NCBI GenBank assembly: GCA_030698625.1
Contig: JAUYMS010000017.1
Coordinates: forward strand, 12,962 to 76,961
DNA from: Candidatus Omnitrophota bacterium
Lineage (GTDB): Bacteria > Omnitrophota > Omnitrophia > Omnitrophales > Aquincolibacteriaceae
DNA: 64,000 nt
Direction of reading: 5' to 3'
In this document: one piece after another, positions 11,201 through 17,154 of the stretch
How positions within the stretch are numbered: the stretch's first letter is position 1
Layout: each line of letters opens with the position of its first letter
Translations under genes and position numbers: made by a program
Notes under the pieces: generated by a model
The model's database searches: none
Told to the model about the DNA's origin: nothing
What the model saw: only the letters and a program-made list of their open reading frames with translations

Positions 11201-13536
11201 TGAATGACCATCGCGTTACCTTTGATCCCGGCAATATCTTTCGCTGGGGCGGCGCTGTGGAGCTGCGCGCGAGCTTGCGTGATTTTGAGCAGGCCGAGCT
11301 GGAATATGCGGACCGCTTTCATCCGGGTCCGCGGGTATTCGATGTGGGGGGCGGCTCGGGCCGCTGGCTCAGCGGAATCGCAGACCGGCACCCCGGGCGC
11401 TTCACGCACCTGCTTATGTCTGAGCGCTATGCCGAAGGCTATAATGTCACCGACGAGCGCATCGTGCAAATTGCGCAGAGCGGCGAGCGCATTCCGCTGG
11501 ATGAAATCATTGCGGCCGCGGGCGGTGACGGCGTGGAAAGCGCTCAACTGCGTTATGTGCTTCACCACACCTATGGCGAGCTCCAGGACCCCAACGACCC
11601 GGCAGCCGAAGAAAAGGTTGTTGAGTTTCTGAGCGATGTCCGCAGCGCGATCGGCCACGGCGGTCAACTCTTTGTTTATGAAGATACCTATCCTCTCGGT
11701 GACGCTCAGCGTTTTCCGCTTCCGGAAGCTCTCAGCGAAGCCCAGCAGAAGGAATTTACCGAGCGCTTCCTCACGCTGAGCGAAGAAGACAAATACCTCT
11801 ACATGGTTTTTACTGATTGGTACTGGAATGTCTTTCTCGGCCGTCATTATGGCATGTCCATGGCCTACCGTTATTACCCCATGGAGAAGTGGGTGGAGAT
11901 CTTCAACCGGGCGGGCTTTGAGGTCGAACGTGCTGAGTATCTGGGATTTCTCAAGCAGCGTGTTCACGGTGCTACCCAGGGCGTATTCGTCTTACGCAAT
12001 CCCGAACGCTCGGAATTGCGGGCGATGAGCCGGCGCGGCTTTCTCGAGCGGGTTATGAAAACAGCCGTTCTTGCGTCCTTGTCCTTGCCCTCTCTGCCAA
12101 GCGGCCCCGGTTTAGGTGAAACAGCGAGCCTATTATTGGGCTCTCCGCGGGGGTACATGGGGACCCCGGCAGGGTCATTGATCCATGTGATGCGTAGCGG
12201 AGGTGTCATCGTTTTCGACTCGAAGAACATGATGACTCCGGCCACCCTTTTACGTCTGGAGAGGACGTTCAGCGCCAAGTCAGGTCCGTCAGCCAGAGTG
12301 AAAAAGATACCAAGCGAGAGGGACTTAGTGAAGCAAAGACGGCAGGCAATCGAATCTCAAATCGCCGCCGCCAAAGAAGAAATCCAAAATATTGTCTGGG
12401 ACGGTCCTTTTGACGGGATTAGCGGTGACGCCATCGAACTGGTACTGCGCGAACAGGAGATCGAGCAAAGAATCACCCAATTAGAGAAAGAATGGACCCG
12501 TGTGGATACAACCGAGCCTGCGTCGGAAGCGTCGCGATCTGAGCTCCGTGCGATGGATGTTTCTCACCTTTCAGCGGCGGATCAGGCCCTTTTAGCGGAT
12601 CGATTTCCGGATACCGATGCCCTTGAGGCGGTCATTGCGGTTACTTTTGTCGCCGAGAAGACGGTATCTCTTAAATACTATCAAGAACCCGCCCTGGTGC
12701 GGGTCCTTATTGAGGCTGTGGCCCCCGAAATTGCGGTGGTCCAGGCGGATCAAGCCGAGGTCGCTCGAGAGATGGAAGCCTGGGCCAATGTCCTGGCACG
12801 GCTTGTGACCGAAAGAAAACTCCTTAGTGATGGGACCGGGACCGTCGTCTCCACCACGGAAGGTGATTTCGAGAAGAGAAAAGCGGTTACGCTGGCAAAA
12901 CTTCCGCTTATGGCGGCTGTGGCTAAGCGCGACCCCCGCGGCAACTTTCTCCAGAACTTCGTCATCGGGGGACCGCATGCCGAGGCTATCCATAGAACCG
13001 TGTTCAGCCGCAATAATGACCTAGACGCTACGGTGAAAGCCTTTGCCGGAAAATTGAGATGGGGTAAGCAGGAAGAGCCGCTCGGAGACCTGATTACTGA
13101 AGCGATCAAGGAAGAAGCCAGGAGTTCGACGCCCGGATCGGTGATTTCATCAGTCACAGCACAAGAGGCTGACGCCATCCCTGAGGTGATTACCCGGGTT
13201 TTGAGGATGATTCAAGACGAAAGCGAGCTCCGGAACCTTGATCTATGGAATCCCGAAGAAATTGCCGCATTCGCAGCCGCAGATTTAGCGCGTGACTTGA
13301 TGTTACAGGACTTTGCGTCGCGCGAACAAGTGGATCCTGAGCGATTAAAGCTTGATCGGGACTATGCGAATGGTATTGCAGAGCTTCTCAAACAATATAT
13401 TGCAGCCAATTACCCTGATATCGATCTTAACCAGGTTGCTATCCGGGGAGGACGCTTCCATATCTCGTTACAGGAAGTCTCTAAACAGCTACAGAGCTTG
13501 CGCCAGGCTCAGGAAGAGATTAGCAGCGCCGCGTAA
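445..13536 (+). CDS. Giant multidomain protein 1 (4363 aa): signal/TM anchor + conserved N-module, then at least 14 RSELR-delimited modules
   Basis: Uninterrupted 13.1 kb ORF with a TTG start and strong RBS. Its N-terminal 586 aa are paralogous to those of the ORFs at 21986 and 48511. Recognisable domain motifs are listed as separate features. Confidence 0.9.
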   Translation: MKTGLSITGFWKFTAFHTLVFFSMTTILWSAPSLTVNDVLRQGLTSDNIGLPSLVNRIEVPETSGSILKRFEANSSGPSIVHIQDAHTHYEAQQNIRRILNHLSEEYQVQHIFLEGAMDRVDPELMRYFKDTEANRDIAELLAKEGVLGGAELFLLQATENAQQLKTQAHGVEDPDLYRRNIALYQTVYADKEIADNYLTSVKAQIVTRASHVFGKKLRNFFREWLFYQDIPNELLRQLNTLRKYAAEELGVELGDAREQIDWPQLVRFFRLQQLETEIDFEKAGTDKGRLIAWIREQEIGENFAEELSAWDIKKSFLGRQHADLRTFLEALHQSSRERNFSFETYGELKLVLGAAILRSEISATELFDESERLTARMLGRLAATPEEEALVSIYKDYVLSEKLFSLELVSEDHNELESRFRTLKPSQLIARIDGEYAKSFESRELTELDGLFEQARDFYRVAVEREEAIFENMTRRMKEQGIESAVLITGGFHATGLHRLFEERGFSYANVVPHMLEVGDSKSYTDLLMLRGDSLTRRAYLSAPRLPDISFQHQLPEHFESYLVYHVLPALSRELLKRLSLGHDLRSELRSLNQQAALLDRGVLVDEVTGEVSIAGESLGLLFTDRGLKKALTATANSDAVNIGLYGKWLAVHSAAGERYTLQKYSAARGEVITTNAVYLNKGGNVDRALYSPNRRVKPSDGNRYVARQVIISEFAKARGLSFVPQIIDVKPADSTVSENGLIQFEDRSAAEDSRDKVLYVRKNAAGIPADEQIGKLNPAERSLILLDVFRAVKKLFDSGLAIEDLKFDNFLIRKDYLEILNHRKEQPLEEPETLSVILHDLGGALFVDPDSLVQWLETERAGGAKHPLADLVDGGRRYSLDGRDNGTMHAIHKNQQTSFLQDAGNLVRFESRLDKAWAGNASRKALLGYLVIHQLAKTAISWMTKSVDPKEYSRRAFAGMSHHAWTFNNIMQDIEALTQPDAFRALESDDVLQERMSETGPLSNESRRELQERLIEQQFAALYQNLTWIHLLIRQARQETTETKTDSGEVASSTFDTLDASIESTVTPGGAGITDVMEAKAERPTLPRTEVMDARSPVRSELRMDPFDKESLTAEEMGARLNEKARGNSIVAKFKDTLLSVQRDLPLGQMLKEMEQQVILEIGSGEDMQLINFWVRDLKFDPAKIYAIEPALTTGSNNPLGRENFAAGLFREDLPESWKSIRFDWIFAYHVAEALHSGKPLDGINHEDLQTAYGLLRTGGQLTVHPLDFNLAMDKLIPEFGIPSGIPLPAERSAVAKFLESVNFEYPYRPLLHGGFTFAKGVRSELRYEVSDLVGGEANLEYLRNIEAAVNQDMEAPAYARLAIYLASGADISTALLATDADEYLFVERRPFINPNWTWDESTEKHLNRYVEGKQFSDYGMTDDMAAAGETRSYLRGELEVLGAANIIVPGATREDGIYEIFFTWQGRERKITYVSAESEAERRVQIAHVMKGRKGADYLIVKAGDYGANVGGVTTTELNGVISRFVGGGGHLILDFPHRRNDTEPVSVKQPLSAKFGYGKAMLMQDRAFVYRIVLSRSHLPDLSGAMRTAREWLWLAAPYGLVGSGHRMGGPARSELREGGEQLEDLQIVQMVRMDRALTRLTSEDTEYGNELGITPTQEGVGSTYVEGEVRRFLEFAGQSDLRDQLSFDPSLEGARVHVFGFGMQGYEILAFLQELGAGRIDAVSALPSDFRGLDRTLKDNGLQDAHVDGYLWQGQNLISELAEPESQADIVFLADVVDERHFTPEEIRAIAENLIRYVKPGGLLISAGQVYRLHELGAIHPEDPIVRIEHPVETPEVAFFLKEKTDRSELRADKAELAKLTAALERVYAAVALDVDGTLLDGTGDGFMKNIHHIIGFLREGVPVAIVTGNNESMVKAILIRTIKNLLTSAKDYNMTDADAAAAMENLHIYVYNGAKGFNAGTGEVYYNRFFDELTGHSTRHFIEAISRDPGLRDIAENSMVQDARAYGFHFFPYGQTPDLDGYADRLNKFFEREGYPLEAKTSSVGVDVFPKGVDKGYAIADLALRIGAEPNQIAKIADRMQKGGNDDAFNDESSFAVKSYDEDNPRQISMVKAVELTGAAATGYLLERLKIKGRADRSELRTEDVQILDVVFDPETGAYVSRAELDRRSREEAGRSREAAIIAKAAEPRTPLQTAGKLLDVAGFAFMVLGANLFTAGIVAALLFNITSVIGIVLVTLGIATLAVVVGESTFVGLPYLFGRYDFAKLVGISNEEAVDRAEQAFVDVKETALTKEDWHVLGGLRHVGEPRGFFRIAYDIIEVVVGKGDTVHPAIAFGPVLRYQTVRRLGLGNDFDRLMPRYIKNLSGDQPSLLARSFWWVYGDYELLKRAYSYGYLSIVPFYALPHFLLSSTLFLALTALRILSLPLTLRGGIKAFLERLSMMKAYAAITLLYLSTAAESMTDKTVTNELPDAITVGKMTVEGRARSELRDDVEEAIAQWAAGKEVELLQTVSVDGSEFRFVHRALPVMDAYPGMRETIEVYAGQTRIGGIVFRVRSSGVWRDTLIGGPLTGVDDALDVEALYRERYEGIGRTLLALVVLLTHARGIPKIKAAKQLNMQQYEDLGFHYSPSVDEYVADLTHLRDDVPGRAEGAVGIVKRSELRDDEMSGLVTVPEDNPYETTYAARPTFSQAFPDSSQLIRELDTVSVGSFMWSAGVIENTEQNESVTIFDNAIALALSLAAIGVLSFFWLGILSSPSGVVHELFNGLVDGYLFRILMSLAISTIPVALLTFITGLYFSGIRVSHKKVFAQIRDDLTENPPAGKLRLIGLLLTALTDRNQNIRKAAESELNRITKQVPSVRQALDAGVAGIARSELRSDEMSTDEVRELLSRVPPPTPVFEQRGGVTEENPYGVLLEIWPTVGQAFPELSQLLRDLDNISALDLEFAIDAVAETTKGRYEGKIHNVFVAWLTLPMLYLFSVVGVLLWSEMSTLPRIAKDAVRDFVVDGPLLWLAVASFATGLILAVRVLFFAAPKGSHKETVSGIKKNLYENPLAGKLEALRFLWSHANHRDQKIRESAGKALEFVASKVPSVRQALDRGVQTPTRSELRTDEEQVSIFLGALLRLAESVNIERRDSLSVARVLDDGTRLYELPLEVSYLKSRNIQPGNPVPLEELTRFFTAQGIEDLSNISLGYGASELKGPALLAVEDRGGDLQLIGLSFYRFSKDSDDYGLGLISFGNADDLIRQYQGSLDYPGNRAAGIITPQVEFITDGISVEATFQAQGARREVLIKRLRSKAKIRQVDLPRPSRHMARSELRAATVKGKDQDFFGRGLVKDHYDTVRLLVPEPLIRDVAGEGFLIPEPLQNPDLVMASTGARESNLTFAADKAFFSVIFKSKDVHRPFLKSDFIYYGKTLEILPGTMRPFREDQERTDIVAADRTFAWWFRHNVVPFAQALGYEKIGITIVKGLSKRISQSTLRELGFREPRIGGRAIWIYDLKPEQQASRSELGVTPDPLKALRRPALRQFIRDLLVNNYSRFLPEFFQTKPQGPYVDIEAWVDGILQAGADFSGDPVAAARFLNDHRVTFDPGNIFRWGGAVELRASLRDFEQAELEYADRFHPGPRVFDVGGGSGRWLSGIADRHPGRFTHLLMSERYAEGYNVTDERIVQIAQSGERIPLDEIIAAAGGDGVESAQLRYVLHHTYGELQDPNDPAAEEKVVEFLSDVRSAIGHGGQLFVYEDTYPLGDAQRFPLPEALSEAQQKEFTERFLTLSEEDKYLYMVFTDWYWNVFLGRHYGMSMAYRYYPMEKWVEIFNRAGFEVERAEYLGFLKQRVHGATQGVFVLRNPERSELRAMSRRGFLERVMKTAVLASLSLPSLPSGPGLGETASLLLGSPRGYMGTPAGSLIHVMRSGGVIVFDSKNMMTPATLLRLERTFSAKSGPSARVKKIPSERDLVKQRRQAIESQIAAAKEEIQNIVWDGPFDGISGDAIELVLREQEIEQRITQLEKEWTRVDTTEPASEASRSELRAMDVSHLSAADQALLADRFPDTDALEAVIAVTFVAEKTVSLKYYQEPALVRVLIEAVAPEIAVVQADQAEVAREMEAWANVLARLVTERKLLSDGTGTVVSTTEGDFEKRKAVTLAKLPLMAAVAKRDPRGNFLQNFVIGGPHAEAIHRTVFSRNNDLDATVKAFAGKLRWGKQEEPLGDLITEAIKEEARSSTPGSVISSVTAQEADAIPEVITRVLRMIQDESELRNLDLWNPEEIAAFAAADLARDLMLQDFASREQVDPERLKLDRDYANGIAELLKQYIAANYPDIDLNQVAIRGGRFHISLQEVSKQLQSLRQAQEEISSAA
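2400..3150 (+). other. Protein-kinase-like / phosphotransferase-like domain
   Basis: Catalytic-loop-like DLKFDNFLI at 2860-2886 (aa 806-814) and a downstream DLGGALF (DFG-like). Resembles the HxDLxxxNxLI of the ePK/APH fold. Confidence 0.4.
3760..4416 (+). other. Rossmann/SAM-methyltransferase-like module
   Basis: Motif-I-like ILEIGSGED at about 3925-3951, followed by an acidic residue and an IYAIEP pattern. The module is bounded by RSELR at 3745 and 4417. Confidence 0.35.
5308..5997 (+). other. Class-I methyltransferase-like module
   Basis: VHVFGFGMQGYEILAFLQELGAGRIDAVS (G-x-G motif I-like), ADIVFLADVV, and YVKPGGLLISA (post-II PGG motif). Confidence 0.35.
6040..6800 (+). other. HAD-superfamily phosphatase domain (Cof/sucrose-phosphatase-like)
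   Basis: Motif I ALDVDGTLLDG at about 6073-6105, 20 aa after RSELR; the loop K in SVGVDVFPKGVDKG; motif IV-like GGNDDAFND at about 6706-6740. Confidence 0.6.
7065..7745 (+). other. Membrane-embedded module (multiple predicted TM helices)
   Basis: AGFAFMVLGANLFTAGIVAALLFNITSVIGIVLVTLGIATLAVVVGESTFVGLPYLF (7065-7240) and YGYLSIVPFYALPHFLLSSTLFLALTALRILSLPLTL (7630-7745). Confidence 0.5.
8446..9072 (+). repeat. Module 8: two TM helices + HEAT/PBS-lyase-like repeat; paralogous to module 9
   Basis: TM stretch 8655-8865; NPPAGKLRLIGLLLTALTDRNQNIRKAAESELNRITKQVPSVRQALDAGV (8905-9060), then RSELR. Confidence 0.5.
9088..9771 (+). repeat. Module 9: duplicate of module 8 (TM pair + HEAT-like repeat)
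   Basis: TM stretch 9352-9557; NPLAGKLEALRFLWSHANHRDQKIRESAGKALEFVASKVPSVRQALDRGV (9610-9760), then RSELR. About 75% nt identity with module 8 over the VPSVRQALD block. Confidence 0.5.
11250..11750 (+). other. SAM-dependent methyltransferase domain
   Basis: Motif I RVFDVGGGSGRWLSGIADRHPG at about 11331-11396, with a downstream acidic residue and a QLFVYED block. Confidence 0.5.
12022..12120 (+). other. Internal twin-arginine (Tat)-like signal-peptide sequence immediately after RSELRA
   Basis: …RSELRA-MSRRGFLERVMKTAVLASLSLPSLPSGPG: the S-R-R-x-F-L-(K/E) motif plus a hydrophobic h-region, at aa 3861 of 4363. Confidence 0.45.
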
Positions 13537-13554
13537 TAGGCCGCCAATAAAAAA

Positions 13555-13581
13555 GGCCGCTCTTTCCGAGCGGCCTTTTTT
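13555..13581. terminator. Rho-independent, probably bidirectional, terminator downstream of giant gene 1
   Basis: GGCCGCTC-tttcc-GAGCGGCC is a perfect 8-bp GC stem with a 5-nt loop, followed by TTTTTT and preceded by AAAAAA. It is 19 nt after the TAA stop at 13534-13536, and the flanking genes are convergent. Confidence 0.7.
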
Positions 13582-13596
13582 ATGCATTTAAAGGGC

Positions 13597-13626
13597 AGTA
13601 GGGGCACCGCGCGCTGTGCCCCTACT
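13597..13626. terminator. GC-rich 11-bp inverted repeat (AGTAGGGGCAC-N8-GTGCCCCTACT); possible terminator for the minus-strand M24 peptidase gene
   Basis: Perfect 11-bp arms with an 8-nt loop in the convergent intergenic region. Only a weak U-tract on the minus strand. Confidence 0.3.
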
Positions 13627-13759
13627 TTCAGGTCCACGTGGAACTGGGCACGTGAACCTCTGGGATACTTTTATTTCCGCGACCTAATTTTAGTATAGCA
13701 CACACTTTTTTTTGTGCAAAAAATTTCACGAAAAAAATGAAAATAATTTCGACTATTAT

Positions 13760-14896
13760 TTAGATTTCTAAAAATTTCGGCGCGCGTGTTAAATTGATGC
13801 ATCCTTTTTTAGTAATGACCACTACATCTTCTAAACGAACGCCGCCGATGCCCTTATAATAGAGTCCGGGTTCAACCGTAACGACATTACCTGCTTTCAT
13901 AATGTCGCCGCCCGGGCTAACGCGCGGCTCTTCATGAATATCCAGTCCCAAACCGTGGCCGGTCCCGTGGAAGAAGCCCTGCATGCGGCCGTTCATGACT
14001 CCCGTGGTGAATCCCAGTGCTTCAAAGCGCTTGTGAATGGCGTTGTGCACGTCTCCGGAGTTAATCCCTTCACGCAACATAGAAAATCCTATGTCTTGTC
14101 CTTCCCGAACGGCCGCATAGATTTTCTTTAGTTTGGGCGAGGCCTTACCACGCACGACCGTACGGGTAAAGTCGGCAAAATAGCGGCTCGCAGAGTCTCG
14201 CGGAAAGATATCCATGATCAGTGATTGATTGGCGTAGATGGGGCCCGACCCTTCATTGTGAGGATCAACGGCATGTTTGCCGCAGGCAACGATCGAATGG
14301 CTGGCGATAAAGCCCGATTCCATCAGTGAGACATTAATGACCTGTTTGAGGCGTTCAGAGGTAAGGATTTTGCCCTGATAGTAGAGTTTTCCGCGCCTAA
14401 TGAGCGACTTACGCAGGACGGCAATAGCTTTAGCGACGGCCTTTTCGGTGTGCCGAATGGCATTACGGATATACCTGATTTCGGCAGGGGTTTTGACCAG
14501 ACGGCGCGTGAAAAAAGGGTCGGGCCTGACCTGGATTCGCAGCCGGCGCTTCCTAAGGAGATCTGCGTATTCTAAGGGGAAATTGCCGGGAACCGTCAGC
14601 GATTTGACCCGGCGGGATTTCACGAATTCTTCGATGATATCCAGATACCCCGGTTTGCGCTGATACTTACGCACAAAGTCTTTCCTAAGCGCAGAAATGG
14701 AGAAAACGCGGTCAACTTTGGCTTGGGAACGGGCGCGATCGACTTCCAGATCGCTCATGAGGAGATATTTCTTACCGCGTATGACTAAATAAGCAAACGC
14801 GTCGGGCGCAATGAAGCGGGTGGCATAATACATGTTAGCATCCTGCTCGCTTGACGCAATAATTAGAATATTTTCAGATTTTGAAGTCTTCTTCAT
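13760..14896 (-). CDS. M24-family metallopeptidase (Xaa-Pro aminopeptidase/prolidase-like)
   Basis: 378 aa with the pita-bread fold signature FHGTGHGLGLDIHEEP, plus VEPGLYY and GVRLED metal-ligand blocks. Confidence 0.85.
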   Translation of the reverse strand: MKKTSKSENILIIASSEQDANMYYATRFIAPDAFAYLVIRGKKYLLMSDLEVDRARSQAKVDRVFSISALRKDFVRKYQRKPGYLDIIEEFVKSRRVKSLTVPGNFPLEYADLLRKRRLRIQVRPDPFFTRRLVKTPAEIRYIRNAIRHTEKAVAKAIAVLRKSLIRRGKLYYQGKILTSERLKQVINVSLMESGFIASHSIVACGKHAVDPHNEGSGPIYANQSLIMDIFPRDSASRYFADFTRTVVRGKASPKLKKIYAAVREGQDIGFSMLREGINSGDVHNAIHKRFEALGFTTGVMNGRMQGFFHGTGHGLGLDIHEEPRVSPGGDIMKAGNVVTVEPGLYYKGIGGVRLEDVVVITKKGCINLTRAPKFLEI

Positions 14897-14923
14897 TGTG
14901 CAATTGGGGCTCTTGACTATAAT
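14896..14923 (+). promoter_or_regulatory. Candidate sigma70-type promoter for the Rieske-tkt operon (TTGTGC-16-TATAAT)
   Basis: -35 TTGTGC at 14896-14901 and a perfect -10 TATAAT at 14918-14923, about 40 nt upstream of the GTG start at 14965. SD AAGGAG at about 14949-14954. Confidence 0.3.
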
Positions 14924-14964
14924 TGTAAAGCCTTAGCATCACGAAGACAAGGAGTTCATCGAAC

Positions 14965-15279
14965 GTGGCGGAATTTGTAAAGGTCGCGAAGACGGCGGAT
15001 ATTCCCAAAGATACCGGATTCCATGTGGAGTCCGGCGGAAGGGATATCGCTCTTTTTAAAGTGGATGGGAAGGTCTACGCAATTGATGCTGTCTGCGCCC
15101 ATTCCGGAGGACCACTCGCCGAAGGCGGCTTGCACGGTAAAGAAGTCATGTGTCCGTGGCACGGATGGCAATTTGACGTGACGACGGGCGAATGCAGCTT
15201 TAATCCTTCGGTAAAACAGGCAACATTCAAGGTCAAGGATGACGGTGAAGACATTTACATATCGATTGACGCTCCCTAG
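14965..15279 (+). CDS. Small Rieske [2Fe-2S] ferredoxin (NirD/dioxygenase-ferredoxin-like)
   Basis: CAHSGGPL...CPWHGWQF is the canonical CxH-X(15-17)-CxxH Rieske ligand pair. 104 aa with a GTG start. Confidence 0.85.
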   Translation: MAEFVKVAKTADIPKDTGFHVESGGRDIALFKVDGKVYAIDAVCAHSGGPLAEGGLHGKEVMCPWHGWQFDVTTGECSFNPSVKQATFKVKDDGEDIYISIDAP

Positions 15280-15302
15280 GAAAGCAGATAAACTCCAAAA
15301 CT

Positions 15303-16121
15303 ATGAAAAAGCCGTCCATTGATGAGCTAAAATCGGTCGCCAAGCAGGTTCGCCGCGATATTGTGGATATGACGGCCGAGGCCGGTTCTGGGCATCCCGG
15401 AGGGTCGTTATCCGGCACCGAAATCCTTACGGCGCTTTACTTTGAGATCATGAATCACGACCCTAAGAACCCGCAGTCGCCGGATCGAGATCGATTTATC
15501 CTCAGTAAGGGGCATGCTTCACCGCTCCTTTACTCGGTTTTGGCCCGGTCAGGTTATTTTGACCCCAAACTTCTACCGACCTTTCGCAAGCTGGGCAGTC
15601 CGCTACAGGGTCATCCCGACAGACGCCGGCTGCCGGGGGTTGAGGCTTCAACCGGGTCTTTAGGTCAGGGGCTCTCCTTTGGAATCGGCCATGCTTTGGC
15701 GCGCCGTCTGAACAAGCAGTCTTACAACACCTATGTACTTATCAGTGACGGGGAATGCAATGAAGGGCAAACCTGGGAAGCCGCGGCGATGGCCGCCCAT
15801 CATAAACTGGACCATCTTACTGTCTTTCTTGACTACAACAAATTTCAGCTCGACGATGCTACTGCGGTTATTTGCAACATGGAGCCGATGGTTGACAAGT
15901 GGGTGTCTTTCGGCTGGGATGTCCAGGAAATCAACGGCCACGACTTCGAGCAGATTCTTGCCGCAGTCAAAAAGGCCCAGGCGGTCAAAAATCAGCCCAC
16001 CATGATCGTTTGCCATACTATTAAGGGTAAAGGTATTTCCTTCATGGAGAACAACAATCACTACCATGGGGTTGCCCCCACCCAGGCAGAAAGGGAAAAA
16101 GCATTAAAGGAACTTGTTTGA
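15303..16121 (+). CDS. tkt: Transketolase, N-terminal (TPP-binding) subunit of a split transketolase
   Basis: GHPGGSLS and SKGHASP blocks, plus the TPP-binding GDGECNEGQTWEA motif. 272 aa. Confidence 0.9.
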   Translation: MKKPSIDELKSVAKQVRRDIVDMTAEAGSGHPGGSLSGTEILTALYFEIMNHDPKNPQSPDRDRFILSKGHASPLLYSVLARSGYFDPKLLPTFRKLGSPLQGHPDRRRLPGVEASTGSLGQGLSFGIGHALARRLNKQSYNTYVLISDGECNEGQTWEAAAMAAHHKLDHLTVFLDYNKFQLDDATAVICNMEPMVDKWVSFGWDVQEINGHDFEQILAAVKKAQAVKNQPTMIVCHTIKGKGISFMENNNHYHGVAPTQAEREKALKELV

Positions 16122-17080
16122 TGGAAAAAAAACTCGGTAAAGCCACTCGAGACGCCTATGGGCAGGCCCTGGTTGAAATTGGGGAGACTCATCCGGACGT
16201 TATCGTATTGGATGCGGATCTTTCGAAATCAACGAAAACCGTCACGTTTAGCGAAATGTTCCCTGAGCGCTTCTTCAATGTGGGCATTCAGGAAGCCAAT
16301 CTCGTGGGTGTCGCAAGCGGACTTGCGGCGTGCGGGAAAATTCCCTTCGTCTCCAGTTTCGCGTCCTTTCTTGTTTGCAAGGGCTTCGATCAGATGCGTA
16401 TCGGGGCCGCCTATTCGGAGCTGCCCATTAAAATGGTTGCCTCTCACGGAGGAATCTCAGTCGGTGAAGACGGGCCGTCGCAGATGAGCATCGAGGACGT
16501 GGCGCTCGCCTGCACCCTACCCAAGTTTGCCGTCATGGTGCCCTCTGATGAGATTTGCGCGCGCGCTTTAGTGCATGCCGCTGTCGAGTATAAAGGCCCC
16601 ATCTATATGAGAACGGGACGCCCCAAGGCCCCGATCGTCCATACCGAGAAATCAAGCTTTGAGATCGGCAAGGGCATTCGCCTGCGCGAAGGAAATGATG
16701 TGACTCTTGTCGCCAACGGACTGCTTGTATTTGAAGCCTTGCAGGCAGCCGAGACTCTCGCTGAAGAAGGTATCAGCGCGAGCGTCATCGAGTTACATAC
16801 CGTTAAGCCGCTCGATCGCCAACTGCTGATCGAAGAGGCGAGTAAAACGGGACACTTTGTTGTTGCCGAAGAGCATCAAATTTGGGGCGGCCTCGGAAGT
16901 GCCGTTGCTACGTGCCTGGCCCAGGAGGTGCCTTCCAAGATTGAGTTTGTTGCCATTCAGGATACGTATGCCGAATCAGGCACGCCTGATGAATTGCTGA
17001 TCAAGTACGGTCTCTCGGCAGCCAACGTCGTAAAAGCTGCCAAAAAAGTCCTTGGGAAAAGTGTGAAGAGCGAAACCTGA
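16118..17080 (+). CDS. tkt: Transketolase, C-terminal (pyrimidine-binding + C-terminal domain) subunit
   Basis: Blocks FNVGIQEANLVGVASGLA and SHGGISVGEDGPSQM. The start overlaps the upstream stop as ATGA, indicating translational coupling. Confidence 0.9.
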   Translation: MMEKKLGKATRDAYGQALVEIGETHPDVIVLDADLSKSTKTVTFSEMFPERFFNVGIQEANLVGVASGLAACGKIPFVSSFASFLVCKGFDQMRIGAAYSELPIKMVASHGGISVGEDGPSQMSIEDVALACTLPKFAVMVPSDEICARALVHAAVEYKGPIYMRTGRPKAPIVHTEKSSFEIGKGIRLREGNDVTLVANGLLVFEALQAAETLAEEGISASVIELHTVKPLDRQLLIEEASKTGHFVVAEEHQIWGGLGSAVATCLAQEVPSKIEFVAIQDTYAESGTPDELLIKYGLSAANVVKAAKKVLGKSVKSET

Positions 17081-17154
17081 AGACTGTCCTCTTAATTTTT
17101 CTCGCGTTTCTCATCACCTCGAATCAAGCCTTCGCTGCCACCGGTGAGAAGGCG

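Noticed and set aside
11056-11967. Long antisense ORFs inside the giant genes (for example 11056..11967, 30287..31180, 37493..38209, 40082..40810, 41204..42037, 52483..53508 and 53848..54735, all on the minus strand; also 6037..6705)
   Set aside because: They lie opposite continuous, motif-rich sense ORFs in GC-rich DNA where stop codons are rare on the antisense strand. They have no RBS, no recognisable motifs, and low-complexity Arg/Pro/Ser-rich translations. Treated as spurious.
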